Origin: an uncultured Candidatus Saccharibacteria bacterium
Lineage (GTDB): Bacteria; Patescibacteriota; Minisyncoccia; Phycocordibacterales; UBA12088
Direction of reading: 5' to 3'
NCBI GenBank assembly: GCA_964531785.1
Contig: CAZHFF010000004.1
Span: 1,169-65,168, forward strand
Length of the DNA: 64,000 nucleotides
Below the pieces are notes generated by a model that was not told where the DNA came from, made no database searches, and saw only the letters and a list, made by a program, of their open reading frames with translations. Below are positions 44,772 to 54,524 of the stretch, piece by piece (the first letter of the stretch is position 1; each line of letters opens with the position of its first letter). The position numbers were made by a program, and so were the translations under genes.

Positions 44772-45191
44772 ATGCGCATGCTCATAGCAACCCCTAATGC
44801 CGAGTACGCTGAGCAGCTTGCGGGAGAGATACACGCCCAACAGATAGCAGCCCTCGATCCAGTTGACCGCTACCTAATGTTCTTGAAAAGCGACGACCGA
44901 ACCTGCGGTCTGTGCTTCAACCGCGAACAGGTAACCATGGGTTGGTTGCGCGAACGTGTTAGCTGGTTACCGAGCGCGGTTGGCACAGCCACGCTGCTTA
45001 CCTGGTACGTTAGAAACGGTGCCGGTACGGTGCTCTCGGGAAGCTACAGCGATCTTTGTGACTACGTGGGAGCGCTCTCCGGTATACCTGCACCACGTTC
45101 TGATCCGCTTGAGGTGATAACGATGGCGCGCGCCGCTGGCCTTGACGTGGGCTTCACCGCGTTCCCGCCGTACGACAGTTCGGATATGTAG
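44772..45191 (+). CDS. 139-aa hypothetical protein
   Basis: RBS AGGAGG 5 nt upstream of ATG 44772. The upstream part of track ORF 44619.. is antisense to the neighbouring gene. Confidence 0.55.
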   Translation: MRMLIATPNAEYAEQLAGEIHAQQIAALDPVDRYLMFLKSDDRTCGLCFNREQVTMGWLRERVSWLPSAVGTATLLTWYVRNGAGTVLSGSYSDLCDYVGALSGIPAPRSDPLEVITMARAAGLDVGFTAFPPYDSSDM

Positions 45192-45325
45192 CAGCGACCG
45201 ACCCCTGGCACAAGCCGGGGGTCGCTCTTTATCGTGCGTGTCTACTAGCGGCAGCTCTTCACGGTAAGTTCCGGCTTTGCTCGTATACTTACCACGATGT
45301 TATCCATACATAATCTCTGAAAACT

Positions 45326-45880
45326 ATGAAAACGATCACAACCGGTGTATTTCATGACACGAACAAGGCCGAACAGGCACTTACAGCGCTTGTCAAAGCG
45401 GGCGTGCCGGACAGTAACGTTTCCTATCTCTATCAGAACAAGGAAGGCGAGCTTGAACAGCATAACGCCGAAGAAGCCGTCGATCAAGCCGGAGGTGACG
45501 TTGCAAGGACGACCACTGACGGCGCTGCGGCAGGTGCGGTAACCGGCGGAGCGATCGGTGCGGTCGCGGGGTTTGTGGTAGCTACCGGGATCGTGCCGGG
45601 ACTCGGGGCTATAGCGGTTGCGGGACCGATCGGAGCATTGCTCGGTATCGGAGGCCCGGCCGCGACCGCGGTCACCGGAGCAGCGGTCGGGGCGGCCGCG
45701 GGCGGGCTCGTAGGAGCGCTCACGAGCTATGGAGTTTCAGGTACCGACGCGCATCTCTACGAGGATAAGATACGCGGAGGCGAGATCCTTATCGTGGTCG
45801 AATCTGACCATGAGGGTGTGGGGGGCATGCTCACCGAGCATGGAGCGAACCTGGTACGTACGTATCAGTCTGAAGTATAG
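45326..45880 (+). CDS. Glycine-zipper membrane stress protein (DUF1269/general-stress-protein-17M-like)
   Basis: N-terminal GVFHDTNKAEQALTALVKAGV domain, central Gly/Ala zipper GAIGAVAGFVVATGIVPGLGAIAVAGPIGALLGIGG, C-terminal YEDKIRGGEILIVV. Confidence 0.6.
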   Translation: MKTITTGVFHDTNKAEQALTALVKAGVPDSNVSYLYQNKEGELEQHNAEEAVDQAGGDVARTTTDGAAAGAVTGGAIGAVAGFVVATGIVPGLGAIAVAGPIGALLGIGGPAATAVTGAAVGAAAGGLVGALTSYGVSGTDAHLYEDKIRGGEILIVVESDHEGVGGMLTEHGANLVRTYQSEV

Positions 45881-46659
45881 CAATGAGTCGTGTCGTGTCT
45901 ATTCGAGACGGCGGTTGAGTGCGGTGCATAAGGTCAGGTTCAGGACAAGGCAATGGTAGGATGGCTTCATGTGCCACATTCACCTTGGCCTGATCGCGAG
46001 CATCGAGTTCCTGCCGCTCGTTGCGATACTTATCGTATCCCCTCGCTATGGGTTCATGGGTCGGTGGTGGCACTCTGCATAGCCAGGGTCGTCTCGTTCG
46101 GACTCTCGTGGGCGGTCGACCGGAGAGTCGCCCGTTTCGGTCTGTTCTCGGGCCTATCGGTCGTTTCCCTGGGCGCAATGACGCTCGTACGGGAAGATCC
46201 GAACACTCTATAGTTGTACTGGACACGTCGGGCCGCTCGGGTTTGCGGTGTTCCTGCTTGGAGGTCGAGCGGGTAACCTGTTGATCCTGAAGGTGTATTT
46301 CGAACGTTACTTTGCGATCACCGATCGTGGCTGACGCGTGCTGACCGTGCGCCGGTCACAGTTCTTTATAGTCTTTGCGGTGGGTAATGAGTATGTGCGA
46401 CTGTTCCTCGCGTCCGAGACCTGGGTGTATTGGAACGCGCTCGGCGCTCTGGCGGCCGCTCTGTTCGGCACGTATCAATTCACACTGAGCAAACGGGAAC
46501 GCCTTCCGGGACCGAGTGTGTGGGGTTTGCGGACGAACTAGCTCCGACACACACTGGTACGCACGAACATACGCTCATGTTCGAGAGCGGAACCTGACCG
46601 ATTTGCTGTCATACTTGAGCGCGCGGAATAAGAAGCCGCTTGCTAGGTGTGGCCAACGA

Positions 46660-46920
46660 TCAGTATGTTATATCTTGCTGCGAATTGACCGTTTGACCGT
46701 GGTCATGACCGGAGCGTTGATCGCCAGGCGAACGTGGAATGATGAGCACTGCGAGCACGTACGCAAGTATGCCTGGAAAGAAACCGGTGAATATCACGAA
46801 CAGCACGAACAGCACGCGCAGTACGGTCGCGTCCACGCCAGTGAACTCTTCAACGCCGCCAAAAACGCCCGCAACGATGTGGTTTCGGTCGCTTCTATAG
46901 AGCTTACGTTGTACCTCCAT
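46660..46920 (-). CDS. PspC-domain protein
   Basis: KLYRSDRNHIVAGVFGGVEEFTGVDATVLRVLFVLFVIFTG. Confidence 0.75.
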   Translation of the reverse strand: MEVQRKLYRSDRNHIVAGVFGGVEEFTGVDATVLRVLFVLFVIFTGFFPGILAYVLAVLIIPRSPGDQRSGHDHGQTVNSQQDITY

Positions 46921-47106
46921 ATAGCATACATCCTAGCACAATTTTGACCGTTCTGAACATCCGACTCCCAGCTTCTACAGGCGTGGCTGGTACCAAGCGA
47001 TGTCACCTATGGTCAGCTCGGTGACACGCGAATCCGAAAACTGGCCAGGATCGGTCGAATTTGCTATGGTTCTGTCTGGAACAACTTCAGCAAGAGGAAC
47101 ACGTAC

Positions 47107-48342
47107 TTGACAACTCTCGGAAAGCTGATCGCCCGTCACCAGGAGTACTGTGAAAAAATGCTTGCCCTCGACCTCACTAGGGGCAAGCCCGCTCCTCTGC
47201 AAACCGACCTGTCCGCGCCGATGCTAGCTCTGTCCCAAGACTGGGGAGCACGGCGACCGGATCCCCGCAATTACGGCGAGCCCTTAGGAACACCAGAGGC
47301 GCGAACGTTCTTCGGCGCCTACCTCGGTGTCCCGCCAGAGTCGGTCATCATGGGCAACAACTCGAGTCTAGCGCTCATGCATGACATTGTCGTGCAGGCA
47401 ATGCTCCGTGGCATGGCTGGCCATGCGTGGGTGTGGGGCGTGGGGAGACCCATTTTTCTTTGTCCGGTCCCCGGGTACGATCGTCACTTCACCATAACCG
47501 AGCGATACGGTATCCAAATGGCGCCGGTCGAGCTCGGGCCGGATGGTCCTGACATGGACTGCGTCGAGGACCTCGTCAAGAACCCACACGTCGTAGGGAT
47601 GTGGTGTGTGCCGCAGTACAGCAACCCCACGGGCATTACCTATAGTCCCGAAGTAGTAGAACGGATGGCGCACATGCATGTAGCCAACCCCGGTTTCAGA
47701 CTGTTTTGGGACAACGCCTACGCGGTACATGACCTGTATCCGAGCAATGAGCGAGTACACAACGTCTGGGAGACGTGTCGTACCGCCGGTAACCCGGAGC
47801 GTCCGATACTCTTCGGCAGCACCTCGAAGGTGACCATTGCCGGAGCAGGTATTTGTGCAGCGGCCATGGGGCCAGAAACGTTCGACTGGTTCCGAACGGC
47901 TCGCGTGACGCAGACCATCGGGCCGGACAAGCTCAACGAGCTGCGCCATCTGGCATTCCTGCCCGACCTGGATGCGTTAGCAGTCCATATGGAGCGCCAT
48001 GCAGCTATCCTGCGGCCTAAGTTCGAGCTCGTGGAGCGCGTTCTTGCTGAGCATCTGACGGGACAGCCGGGTGTGTTTTGGACCAAACCTCGGGGCGGAT
48101 ACTTTGTCAATGTGGAGGTACCAACTGCAGCCACAAGAACTGTTCTGTTGGCTAAAGAGGCAGGCGTTGCCCTCACACCCGCAGGTGCGAGCTTTCCGTA
48201 CGGCAACGACCCGTACGATCAGCATGTCCGGATCGCGCCGACGTTCCCGTCGCTCACTGAACTCGAGACTGCGATGCAGGTGCTGGTGCTCTGCATCAAG
48301 ATCGCGGTCCTTGAACAGCACGTGGCATACAGCAGCGTGTAG
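47107..48342 (+). CDS. Class I/II PLP-dependent aminotransferase (TTG start)
   Basis: LDLTRGKP, YSNPTG, FGSTSKVTIAGAG (PLP-lysine context), RIAPTFP. Confidence 0.8.
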   Translation: MTTLGKLIARHQEYCEKMLALDLTRGKPAPLQTDLSAPMLALSQDWGARRPDPRNYGEPLGTPEARTFFGAYLGVPPESVIMGNNSSLALMHDIVVQAMLRGMAGHAWVWGVGRPIFLCPVPGYDRHFTITERYGIQMAPVELGPDGPDMDCVEDLVKNPHVVGMWCVPQYSNPTGITYSPEVVERMAHMHVANPGFRLFWDNAYAVHDLYPSNERVHNVWETCRTAGNPERPILFGSTSKVTIAGAGICAAAMGPETFDWFRTARVTQTIGPDKLNELRHLAFLPDLDALAVHMERHAAILRPKFELVERVLAEHLTGQPGVFWTKPRGGYFVNVEVPTAATRTVLLAKEAGVALTPAGASFPYGNDPYDQHVRIAPTFPSLTELETAMQVLVLCIKIAVLEQHVAYSSV

Positions 48343-48405
48343 CTGACCAAGCGCCACCGTTCTAGACGGGGGCGCTTACTTTTACGGTACACCTGCCGTT
48401 TCGTT

Positions 48406-48672
48406 CTAGCTCCCAGCAAATGGTGTTCCGAAGATCCCGACCGCCAGCTCTCCCCAAACAAGAGCGAGCAGAGCTAAGATCGCAAGAATAATAAGGGCAC
48501 GACGCGCTTGGCTCCGCACAGCCATACCGAAGGTGAGCCCGATCCCGAGCACAAGCAGCAGCGCACCCCCGACGATGTAGTCGATCGCGTCCCACGGGGC
48601 ACCGAACACAAGTGGTACCAGGAGCAGAACAAGCGGCAGGAAAAGGGTGAGTAGGGTTCGGGGGGCGAACAT
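48406..48672 (-). CDS. 88-aa three-TM membrane protein
   Basis: MFAPRTLLTLFLPLVLLLVPLVFG...; start moved to Met48 of track ORF. Confidence 0.5.
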   Translation of the reverse strand: MFAPRTLLTLFLPLVLLLVPLVFGAPWDAIDYIVGGALLLVLGIGLTFGMAVRSQARRALIILAILALLALVWGELAVGIFGTPFAGS

Positions 48673-48841
48673 GGTGTGTACGGTTACGGGAAGGTGACGA
48701 TCGAAGAGCCTTTTGATACTTATAGAACCAACACCATGAAGCACTGGTTGCAGGACCAACGGGACTCGCTTCGCCCGGGCACCGTAGGAACGATCACGCA
48801 CGAAACGGCCCATCGCAGATCAGCGGATGGGCCTCCTATTG

Positions 48842-49114
48842 TCAGTTCGACGTTGTTCTTGGGCGGAGCTCTTCCCAAGCTGGGGGTTCAAAATTGTTGT
48901 ATGGACAGGTATAGATGCTGATCGCATTGCACTTGCCATGCATGCAATGCGTTCTGCGTGCTTTCGCGCACTCCAGCTTTAGTTTGTTGTACTCAGCTTG
49001 AGTTTTTGGGGGCATAATCACGGACCCATCCCAGCGCCGCTCAAGTGCCTCGAATGCCGAGGCCTGGGTGACGATCACGAGACTAAGTACCAGGATACTC
49101 AGAATCTGCTTCAT
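48842..49114 (-). CDS. Small secreted Cys-containing protein
   Basis: Signal peptide MKQILSILVLSLVIVTQASA; 4 Cys in the mature part. Confidence 0.55.
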   Translation of the reverse strand: MKQILSILVLSLVIVTQASAFEALERRWDGSVIMPPKTQAEYNKLKLECAKARRTHCMHGKCNAISIYTCPYNNFEPPAWEELRPRTTSN

Positions 49115-49264
49115 GCGACCCCTCCGTGACGCAACTGGGGTCTACATTACATCACAATTCGCTCTCTGTCTAGTATTCGCTCCCGTTCTCACGCACCTGC
49201 CTGTTCTTAGGCCAATGGAACCTGAGACACGTCACCTGCTCACCGTGCCTGTAAGCACAAGTCG

Positions 49265-50329
49265 TTACGCCGTAACCGTGCCACCATTCTTGAGTGCGAT
49301 GAACGAAAAGTCGTTCTGCGCTTCACAGATAGCGCTGAGGAGCTCGGTCGGCTCGTCCTGAGGTTCGTCACCGAGCGCGAACGTCCCGTGGTGTATCGCC
49401 AGCGCCTGCCGGATACCGAGATCCTGCTTCATTTGGTACGCCTCGTACGGATCCGTATGCACGAGCCGGTTGTACCACCTTGGTGCGTAGGCACCGATCG
49501 GCAACAGGCCGAGCAGGAAGCCCTCAGGGTACATACGCCGTATGGCACTAATGAATAGCCCATAGCCGGTGTCGCCGGCAAAGTAGATATTCCCTGCCGG
49601 TGCTTCGATCACGAAACCGCCCCAGAGCGTACGATTTGCGTCGGTGATCCAGCGTTCGGTGTTGTGTTGCGCCGGCACTGCAGCGACCGTAACGTGCCGC
49701 GTGATCGCTTTTCGCTCGCCCCATACCATGTCCTCTACACCTTGAACACCGAACCGTGCAAGGTACGCCGCGTTCCCTGCGTGCGTCAGCATACGCGGCG
49801 CATCACGCTCTGCAAGCATACGAAGCGTCGCCATATCCATGTGGTCGTAGTGGTTGTGCGAAAGGAGCACCAGGTCGATATTTGGCAGGTCCTCGAATCG
49901 AACCCCGGGGTTTTGGTACCGCCTGGGCCCCAGGAACGGGAACGGGCTCGCCCGTTCTGACCAGATCGGGTCGGTGATGATGTTGAGCCCCTGGGTCTGG
50001 ATAAGCACGGTTGCGTGATTGATGAACGTCGCCACCACGCGCTTTCCCCGCACCCTTTCTCGCGGCACGACAGGCTCGACATTACGGTACTCCCATTTTG
50101 GCCATCGGTGGTCAACTATGCGTCGTGCTCGGTTCGTGTATGGGAAGAGCGTTTCCACGAGCACATCGTCAAAAGCGTTGCGGAACCGCTTTCCGTCAAA
50201 ATGCAGGCCGGGTGCGTGGTCTTTGACTCTGCGGCTCGCCACCAGGTATTCGCCCGCGTAGACAAGGGACCCAAGGAGCCCCAAAAAGAGGGCCGAGCCT
50301 TTCAGTGTTCGTGCAGTGGTTCGGGTCAT
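49265..50329 (-). CDS. MBL-fold metallo-hydrolase (NAPE-PLD-like)
   Basis: LLSHNHYDHMD metal motif, N-terminal anchor, AGDTGY. Confidence 0.8.
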   Translation of the reverse strand: MTRTTARTLKGSALFLGLLGSLVYAGEYLVASRRVKDHAPGLHFDGKRFRNAFDDVLVETLFPYTNRARRIVDHRWPKWEYRNVEPVVPRERVRGKRVVATFINHATVLIQTQGLNIITDPIWSERASPFPFLGPRRYQNPGVRFEDLPNIDLVLLSHNHYDHMDMATLRMLAERDAPRMLTHAGNAAYLARFGVQGVEDMVWGERKAITRHVTVAAVPAQHNTERWITDANRTLWGGFVIEAPAGNIYFAGDTGYGLFISAIRRMYPEGFLLGLLPIGAYAPRWYNRLVHTDPYEAYQMKQDLGIRQALAIHHGTFALGDEPQDEPTELLSAICEAQNDFSFIALKNGGTVTA

Positions 50330-50498
50330 ATGATGCTTATATTACGCGGTTTCCGAAGCGGCCTCAGTATTCCCTATATACACCATAGTTGACGTAGTGG
50401 CAAGCTGTGTCAAAATAGCTGAGCTCTGGAGAGTACCGCGCGGATCGGTAGGTACATTATACGCCCCGCGTCAAGCGACACGGGGCGTAAGCAAGCGC

Positions 50499-50852
50499 TC
50501 ATGGCGCTTGCTCTAGCTCCCTGAACCAGAAGTCGTCCGGCCCAAAGAGCAGTTGGAACTCTCGGCCGTCAGCCAACGTCATGGCGAGCGTGTACTCGCC
50601 CAGATGGCTAACGGACAGCCCTATGGCGCTGGCCGCGACCTTCTGGTCGCCGCCCAGTGTCTCCTCGAGGAGTTGCCAGGGGTCGTCCCGCCATTCCTCG
50701 TCGAGCTCGTCGATCTCCTGGGCGGGCACTCGTGCTTCTTCGGTCATCGGACACTCCACACCACAGAGGCGGCACCAGCGCTGCCCCTGTGAATGGAGTG
50801 ACTGCCGGTGGTTACAATAGCACATACCAAAAGCTGTGTCAATTGCAGACAC
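50499..50852 (-). CDS. 117-aa hypothetical acidic protein
   Basis: Open frame; possible later start at MTEEARV; no family. Confidence 0.4.
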   Translation of the reverse strand: MSAIDTAFGMCYCNHRQSLHSQGQRWCRLCGVECPMTEEARVPAQEIDELDEEWRDDPWQLLEETLGGDQKVAASAIGLSVSHLGEYTLAMTLADGREFQLLFGPDDFWFRELEQAP

Positions 50853-50919
50853 GCAAGCTGACGCCTGTCTACGTCAGATGAGCCGCGCGGTGCTCACCAT
50901 ATGCAGCACGCTTGCATCG

Positions 50920-51403
50920 ATCACGTACCCACACAGGTTTCCATGTCATGCTCCGATCCTCGGCAAGCGCCTGCTTCCCTGCTTTGCCCTAGATGAGCAA
51001 CATAGGTGCACGTTGTCGTGCCTTGTGGCCGACGATAGTCACGTACATCCCCTTGCGGTCTGTTCCGGGATGAAAGAAAGTCCGCAACAAGAGTGTTTTC
51101 ATCTACGTAGGTTCTCCACCAGGAAACGGTGTTTCGGTGCACCGCTCTTCCTGCATAGTCAACGATATCTGAAGATGCGACATTCAGTTTTGCATAATTG
51201 CATTCGTCAGGTCGCTCATTAGGGAGATCTCGTACGGACAACCCTTCGTGAGGTTCTCCAAATCATGAGTACGCATGAAGCCTGAGCAAAACGCGATGTC
51301 AAACTTCTTATCCTTGGTTATGGTTTCAGCGCGAACGGACTGTTCACGCCCTGGTCCATGATTCGACAGTCTCGGTCGTTTTGTTGCCGTGCTTAACCAC
51401 CAT
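50920..51403 (-). pseudogene. Decayed paralogue of the histidine-phosphatase gene at 53372..53920
   Basis: Own alignment of minus-strand frames to the intact copy. VVKHGNKTTETVESW ~ FVHGTTTDNEQHISSGW. GREQSVRAETITKDKKFDIAFCSGFMRTHD ~ GRQQSVALKEQTKDKKFDVVFCSDLKRAHD. PNERPDECNYAKLNVASSDIV ~ PDARLRECNYGDLNGASSDIV. GMYVTIVGHKARQ...*GKAGKQALAEDRSMTWKPVW ~ GKHVAIVGHKAPQ...KGKTWKEALAEDWRKTKSWQPGW. At least two frameshifts, one in-frame stop, and the 5' end truncated. Confidence 0.8.
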
Positions 51404-51439
51404 TTAAGACTGCCTACTGTATTTACCAGAAAAGTGTGT

Positions 51440-52684
51440 TCATGGAGCTGCGCGGATGAAATAGACTACCCCCCTATGATCATCGGTCATAAAAAATGAG
51501 TTTTCATCATGTTGCAGAAAATCTACGGGGCGACCGAGACGTTCCCTATCTGCAGAAAGGAAGCCGTCCATGAACACTTCGTTCGTGCCGTCGAGTCGCA
51601 CTCTATGTACCGCATATCCCGTGCCTAGCGATTGATCAAAAGATCCATGGAGTGCGACCAAGAAAGACTTATCCAAGACAGGGTGAGCCTGTGTAAAATA
51701 TTTGAGTCCAAGCGGAGCCGACCTCGGAGCAAAAAGTGTGAGCGGGGGAGGAACATCCTCACAGGAGAATTCTCGGTTCCACAGCCCTGTGTCATCGGGC
51801 TTCAGTGCGTCTTCATCCTGGTAACAGTAAGGCCATCCGTAGTGCACGCCCTGCTCAAGACGATACATCGTCTCGTACGGCAGGTTTGGGCCCAAGTGAT
51901 CCACTCCATTGGCGGTCGCGTACAAAACATCTTCTACAAACTCAATTCCTACCGAATTCCGGAGCCCATCTGCATACACGCGTGCATCGCTACCGTCCGG
52001 CGCCATCACCATTACCATGCCTCGTAATTCTCCCGATGGTTGCTCACAAGCATTACAGCCACTCCCGATCGAAATATAGAGTTGATCATCATGGAAAAAA
52101 AGCGTACGTGTGATGTGCCACACCACGCTCTCTTCTCCGGGTGTCTGCGTATTAGGAAATGTTGCGATAATCTGTCCTTCCCCTGACGGCTCGAGATCGC
52201 CAGGAACATATGGGTAACGAATAAGGTGCTCTGTCAGTGCGAGATAGAGCCAATGATCACCTGTGTCATCAGTATAAAAAGCGATGCTGTTGGGGCCGCG
52301 AAGTCCAGACAGGTAGGTGTGCTTTTCGGCAAAACGACCACTTTTCTCGTCAAACCCTCCGAGAATGTGCACTGCTCCCTGACGAGACAGATTGTAATCG
52401 ACAAGGTCAGGAACAAAAATGCGGTCATCCGGGCTGCGTGCTAAAAATCGCGCTTTTCCTAATCCCTCTGCGGCAACCATTATTTCAAATGGCTCTGCAA
52501 TCCGGTAGGTAATCGTTTCCCCGTCTTCAAATGAAACAGTTCGAGCGGAAAGTGTTCTTAGGGGCGATATTATCTGGTGCGTCTCTACGAAACTCTTCTC
52601 ATTTGAAAATATAATCGAGTATACAAACCATATAGTGACGACACACGCGACGATCGCAATTATAATGAAGGGGTGTTTGTGCAT
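51440..52684 (-). CDS. PQQ-dependent sugar (glucose/sorbosone) dehydrogenase, beta-propeller
   Basis: N-terminal TM; GLRNSVGIEF, NGVDHLGPNLPYETMYRLEQGVHYGWPYCY. Confidence 0.75.
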   Translation of the reverse strand: MHKHPFIIIAIVACVVTIWFVYSIIFSNEKSFVETHQIISPLRTLSARTVSFEDGETITYRIAEPFEIMVAAEGLGKARFLARSPDDRIFVPDLVDYNLSRQGAVHILGGFDEKSGRFAEKHTYLSGLRGPNSIAFYTDDTGDHWLYLALTEHLIRYPYVPGDLEPSGEGQIIATFPNTQTPGEESVVWHITRTLFFHDDQLYISIGSGCNACEQPSGELRGMVMVMAPDGSDARVYADGLRNSVGIEFVEDVLYATANGVDHLGPNLPYETMYRLEQGVHYGWPYCYQDEDALKPDDTGLWNREFSCEDVPPPLTLFAPRSAPLGLKYFTQAHPVLDKSFLVALHGSFDQSLGTGYAVHRVRLDGTNEVFMDGFLSADRERLGRPVDFLQHDENSFFMTDDHRGVVYFIRAAP

Positions 52685-52766
52685 GGAATAGGTAGATTAC
52701 GGAATGACAGGCAGTAAGCCATCTAAGAAGCAGGATGATTCTGAAAGAGAAGAAACTGAGCTTGGT

Positions 52767-53369
52767 CTAATGCCGCTCCGCAACGATATATCCACAACCC
52801 TCGGCTCCGACTTTTGCTGAATGTACATGGCCTCTCGGAATCTCCTTTTCGTCGCCAGCTTTCAATGAGAAATCAGTAAGTGCTCCACCAATTACCGTCT
52901 TTATCCGGATTCTACCGGAAAGTACGTGTGACTTTGTATCGAAATCGTGTTGGTCCTCCTCGCCCACCTCTTCCGTCTCGGTATCACAGGCATATACGTT
53001 GTCGTATCCTTCGGCCTTTAGGCGATCGATAGTTTCCTGTTCGTCGTGAATAAGGAAATCGAGCTGCTCCTCCGGAATGCCCACAGACTTCCCATGCGCG
53101 ATCGCTTCTGCCCACGTGGACTTGTCGGAATACTTGATCCAAAAGTACTTATCCTTGAAAACAACCAATACTTTATCGTCGCCAGTCTGCCAGAAGTGGA
53201 TGTACCACGGACCATCAGCGAGATAGCCACCGATCTTAAGAGCGGTTTCTTCATCAATCAAAACATTATGAAGCGTCCAGCTTCCATCCTGCCAAGTCCT
53301 CTCAATCTTTAAGGATTGAAGAATGCTTGAATCTTTTAGACTATTCTCAATGATCGTTCCTTTAAGCAT
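52767..53369 (-). CDS. Two-domain protein with C-terminal cupin barrel
   Basis: C-terminal SHVLSGRIRIKTVIGG...GDEKEIPRGHVHSAKVG; N-terminal ~110 aa unassigned. Confidence 0.6.
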   Translation of the reverse strand: MLKGTIIENSLKDSSILQSLKIERTWQDGSWTLHNVLIDEETALKIGGYLADGPWYIHFWQTGDDKVLVVFKDKYFWIKYSDKSTWAEAIAHGKSVGIPEEQLDFLIHDEQETIDRLKAEGYDNVYACDTETEEVGEEDQHDFDTKSHVLSGRIRIKTVIGGALTDFSLKAGDEKEIPRGHVHSAKVGAEGCGYIVAERH

Positions 53370-53371
53370 TG

Positions 53372-53920
53372 TTATTCAATGACGTATTCCCAGCCCGGCT
53401 GCCATGACTTTGTCTTGCGCCAATCCTCAGCAAGCGCTTCTTTCCAAGTTTTCCCTTTGAGGAGCACGTCGAACGAAAGTTGCGGTGCTTTGTGTCCGAC
53501 AATAGCAACATGCTTACCGTCGTAGCTCTGTTTGAGGAATGTAAGAAACTCTGCAATACGAGTTTTTACATCTTCATAGCTCTCCCCGTTAGGAAACGGC
53601 TTTTCAATACATTCCTTTTCCTGCATTGGCTCGACAATATCTGAAGAAGCTCCGTTCAAGTCCCCGTAATTGCATTCGCGCAACCGCGCGTCAGGAATGA
53701 TCTCGTGCACACCCTCCCACGCTAGCTTTGCCGAGTCGTGAGCACGCTTCAGATCGGAGCAAAAGACGACATCAAACTTTTTGTCCTTCGTCTGCTCCTT
53801 CAATGCGACCGACTGCTGACGACCAAGTTCTGAAAGCTCGACATCTTTCCAGCCGGAGGAAATATGTTGTTCGTTGTCAGTAGTGGTGCCGTGTACGAAG
53901 TAAGTGATTTGTATTGACAT
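53372..53920 (-). CDS. Histidine phosphatase (phosphoglycerate-mutase-like) family protein
   Basis: FVHGTTTDN (RHG-type motif with V for R), FCSDLKRAHDSA, VAIVGHKAPQ. Confidence 0.7.
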   Translation of the reverse strand: MSIQITYFVHGTTTDNEQHISSGWKDVELSELGRQQSVALKEQTKDKKFDVVFCSDLKRAHDSAKLAWEGVHEIIPDARLRECNYGDLNGASSDIVEPMQEKECIEKPFPNGESYEDVKTRIAEFLTFLKQSYDGKHVAIVGHKAPQLSFDVLLKGKTWKEALAEDWRKTKSWQPGWEYVIE

Positions 53921-54136
53921 TCTATCATTCTAACAGAAAAGACCGCTCTTTAGGAGCGATCTTTTCTGTCTGGATACCGGACTCGCCGGGTATGCAATGT
54001 GCGGAATAGTGCCTGGAGATTACGATCTGATCTGCTGACTTCTTGGACAAGTTCGTGTCCATGACTGGTTCTCAAAACTATTCCTCCTAAACAGCCGTTT
54101 TGGGCGTTTAGGTAGGTCTCACATGACTGCTGGCTG

Positions 54137-54272
54137 ACTCGGTCTCGAATGTACCACGCAAGGCACCGTAAGGGTTCTTCCAGATCCCTTCTACTCCTTA
54201 GTTGAGGCGTCTCGGTCTGTAGGTCATTTTTCCGAGAATCGTACGGTCAGCCATTTTCACCCGTCTCGGTCT
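54137..54272 (+). repeat. Direct repeats CGTCTCGGTCT (x2) plus partial ACTCGGTCTC
   Basis: Exact 11-mers at 54208-54218 and 54262-54272 (54-nt spacing), partial copy at 54137-54146, all in a 600-nt non-coding stretch. Confidence 0.6.
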
Positions 54273-54408
54273 CCTATACTTTACAAACTTTACACCCCCT
54301 CCCGCCTTTTTAGTTGGCGTTATGTGAACTATATGAGTCGACTTTCCGACGATTCTGTTTCGTAGCGATGATTTGCGGGCTTTTCCACACGTACGCGAAA
54401 AACGCGGG

Positions 54409-54416
54409 TGTATAAT
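54409..54416 (+). promoter_or_regulatory. -10 element TGTATAAT (no good -35)
   Basis: TG at 54409-54410 directly followed by TATAAT 54411-54416. Confidence 0.35.
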
Positions 54417-54461
54417 GCAGATACAAAAGGAGTTCGCTCCAGCTGGTGACCGCTTAAATGA

Positions 54462-54505
54462 GGGCCGGCGCATTCTCGAAAGAGATGCGCGGGCCCTTTT
54501 GCTTA
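54462..54505 (+). terminator. Intrinsic terminator/attenuator 20 nt upstream of the ParB-methyltransferase ATG
   Basis: GGGCCGGCGCAT-tctcgaaagag-ATGCGCGGGCCC (12 bp, one mismatch) followed by TTTTGCTTATT. Confidence 0.6.
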
Positions 54506-54524
54506 TTCACTAAGCAAAAATGAC

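Noticed and set aside
45953-46541. Possible frameshifted membrane-protein pseudogene: hydrophobic segments appear in three plus-strand frames (45953..46213, about 46215..46330, 46338..46541)
   Set aside because: I could not recognise any family or find a consistent alignment across the frame changes. Hydrophobic-looking frames are common in GC-rich DNA. Left unannotated; BLASTX would settle it.
54189-54201. 13-mer TTCTACTCCTTAG shared with 57783-57795, as a possible boundary repeat of a mobile element
   Set aside because: A single 13-nt match between two sites in 64 kb is roughly what chance allows, and there is no extended similarity on either side. It is noted only because both copies are intergenic.
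54198-54473. 91-aa extremely basic ORF in the non-coding region upstream of the ParB-methyltransferase
   Set aside because: It has Arg/Lys/Pro-rich low-complexity composition and no RBS. It overlaps the predicted promoter and terminator on the other strand. Treated as non-coding.
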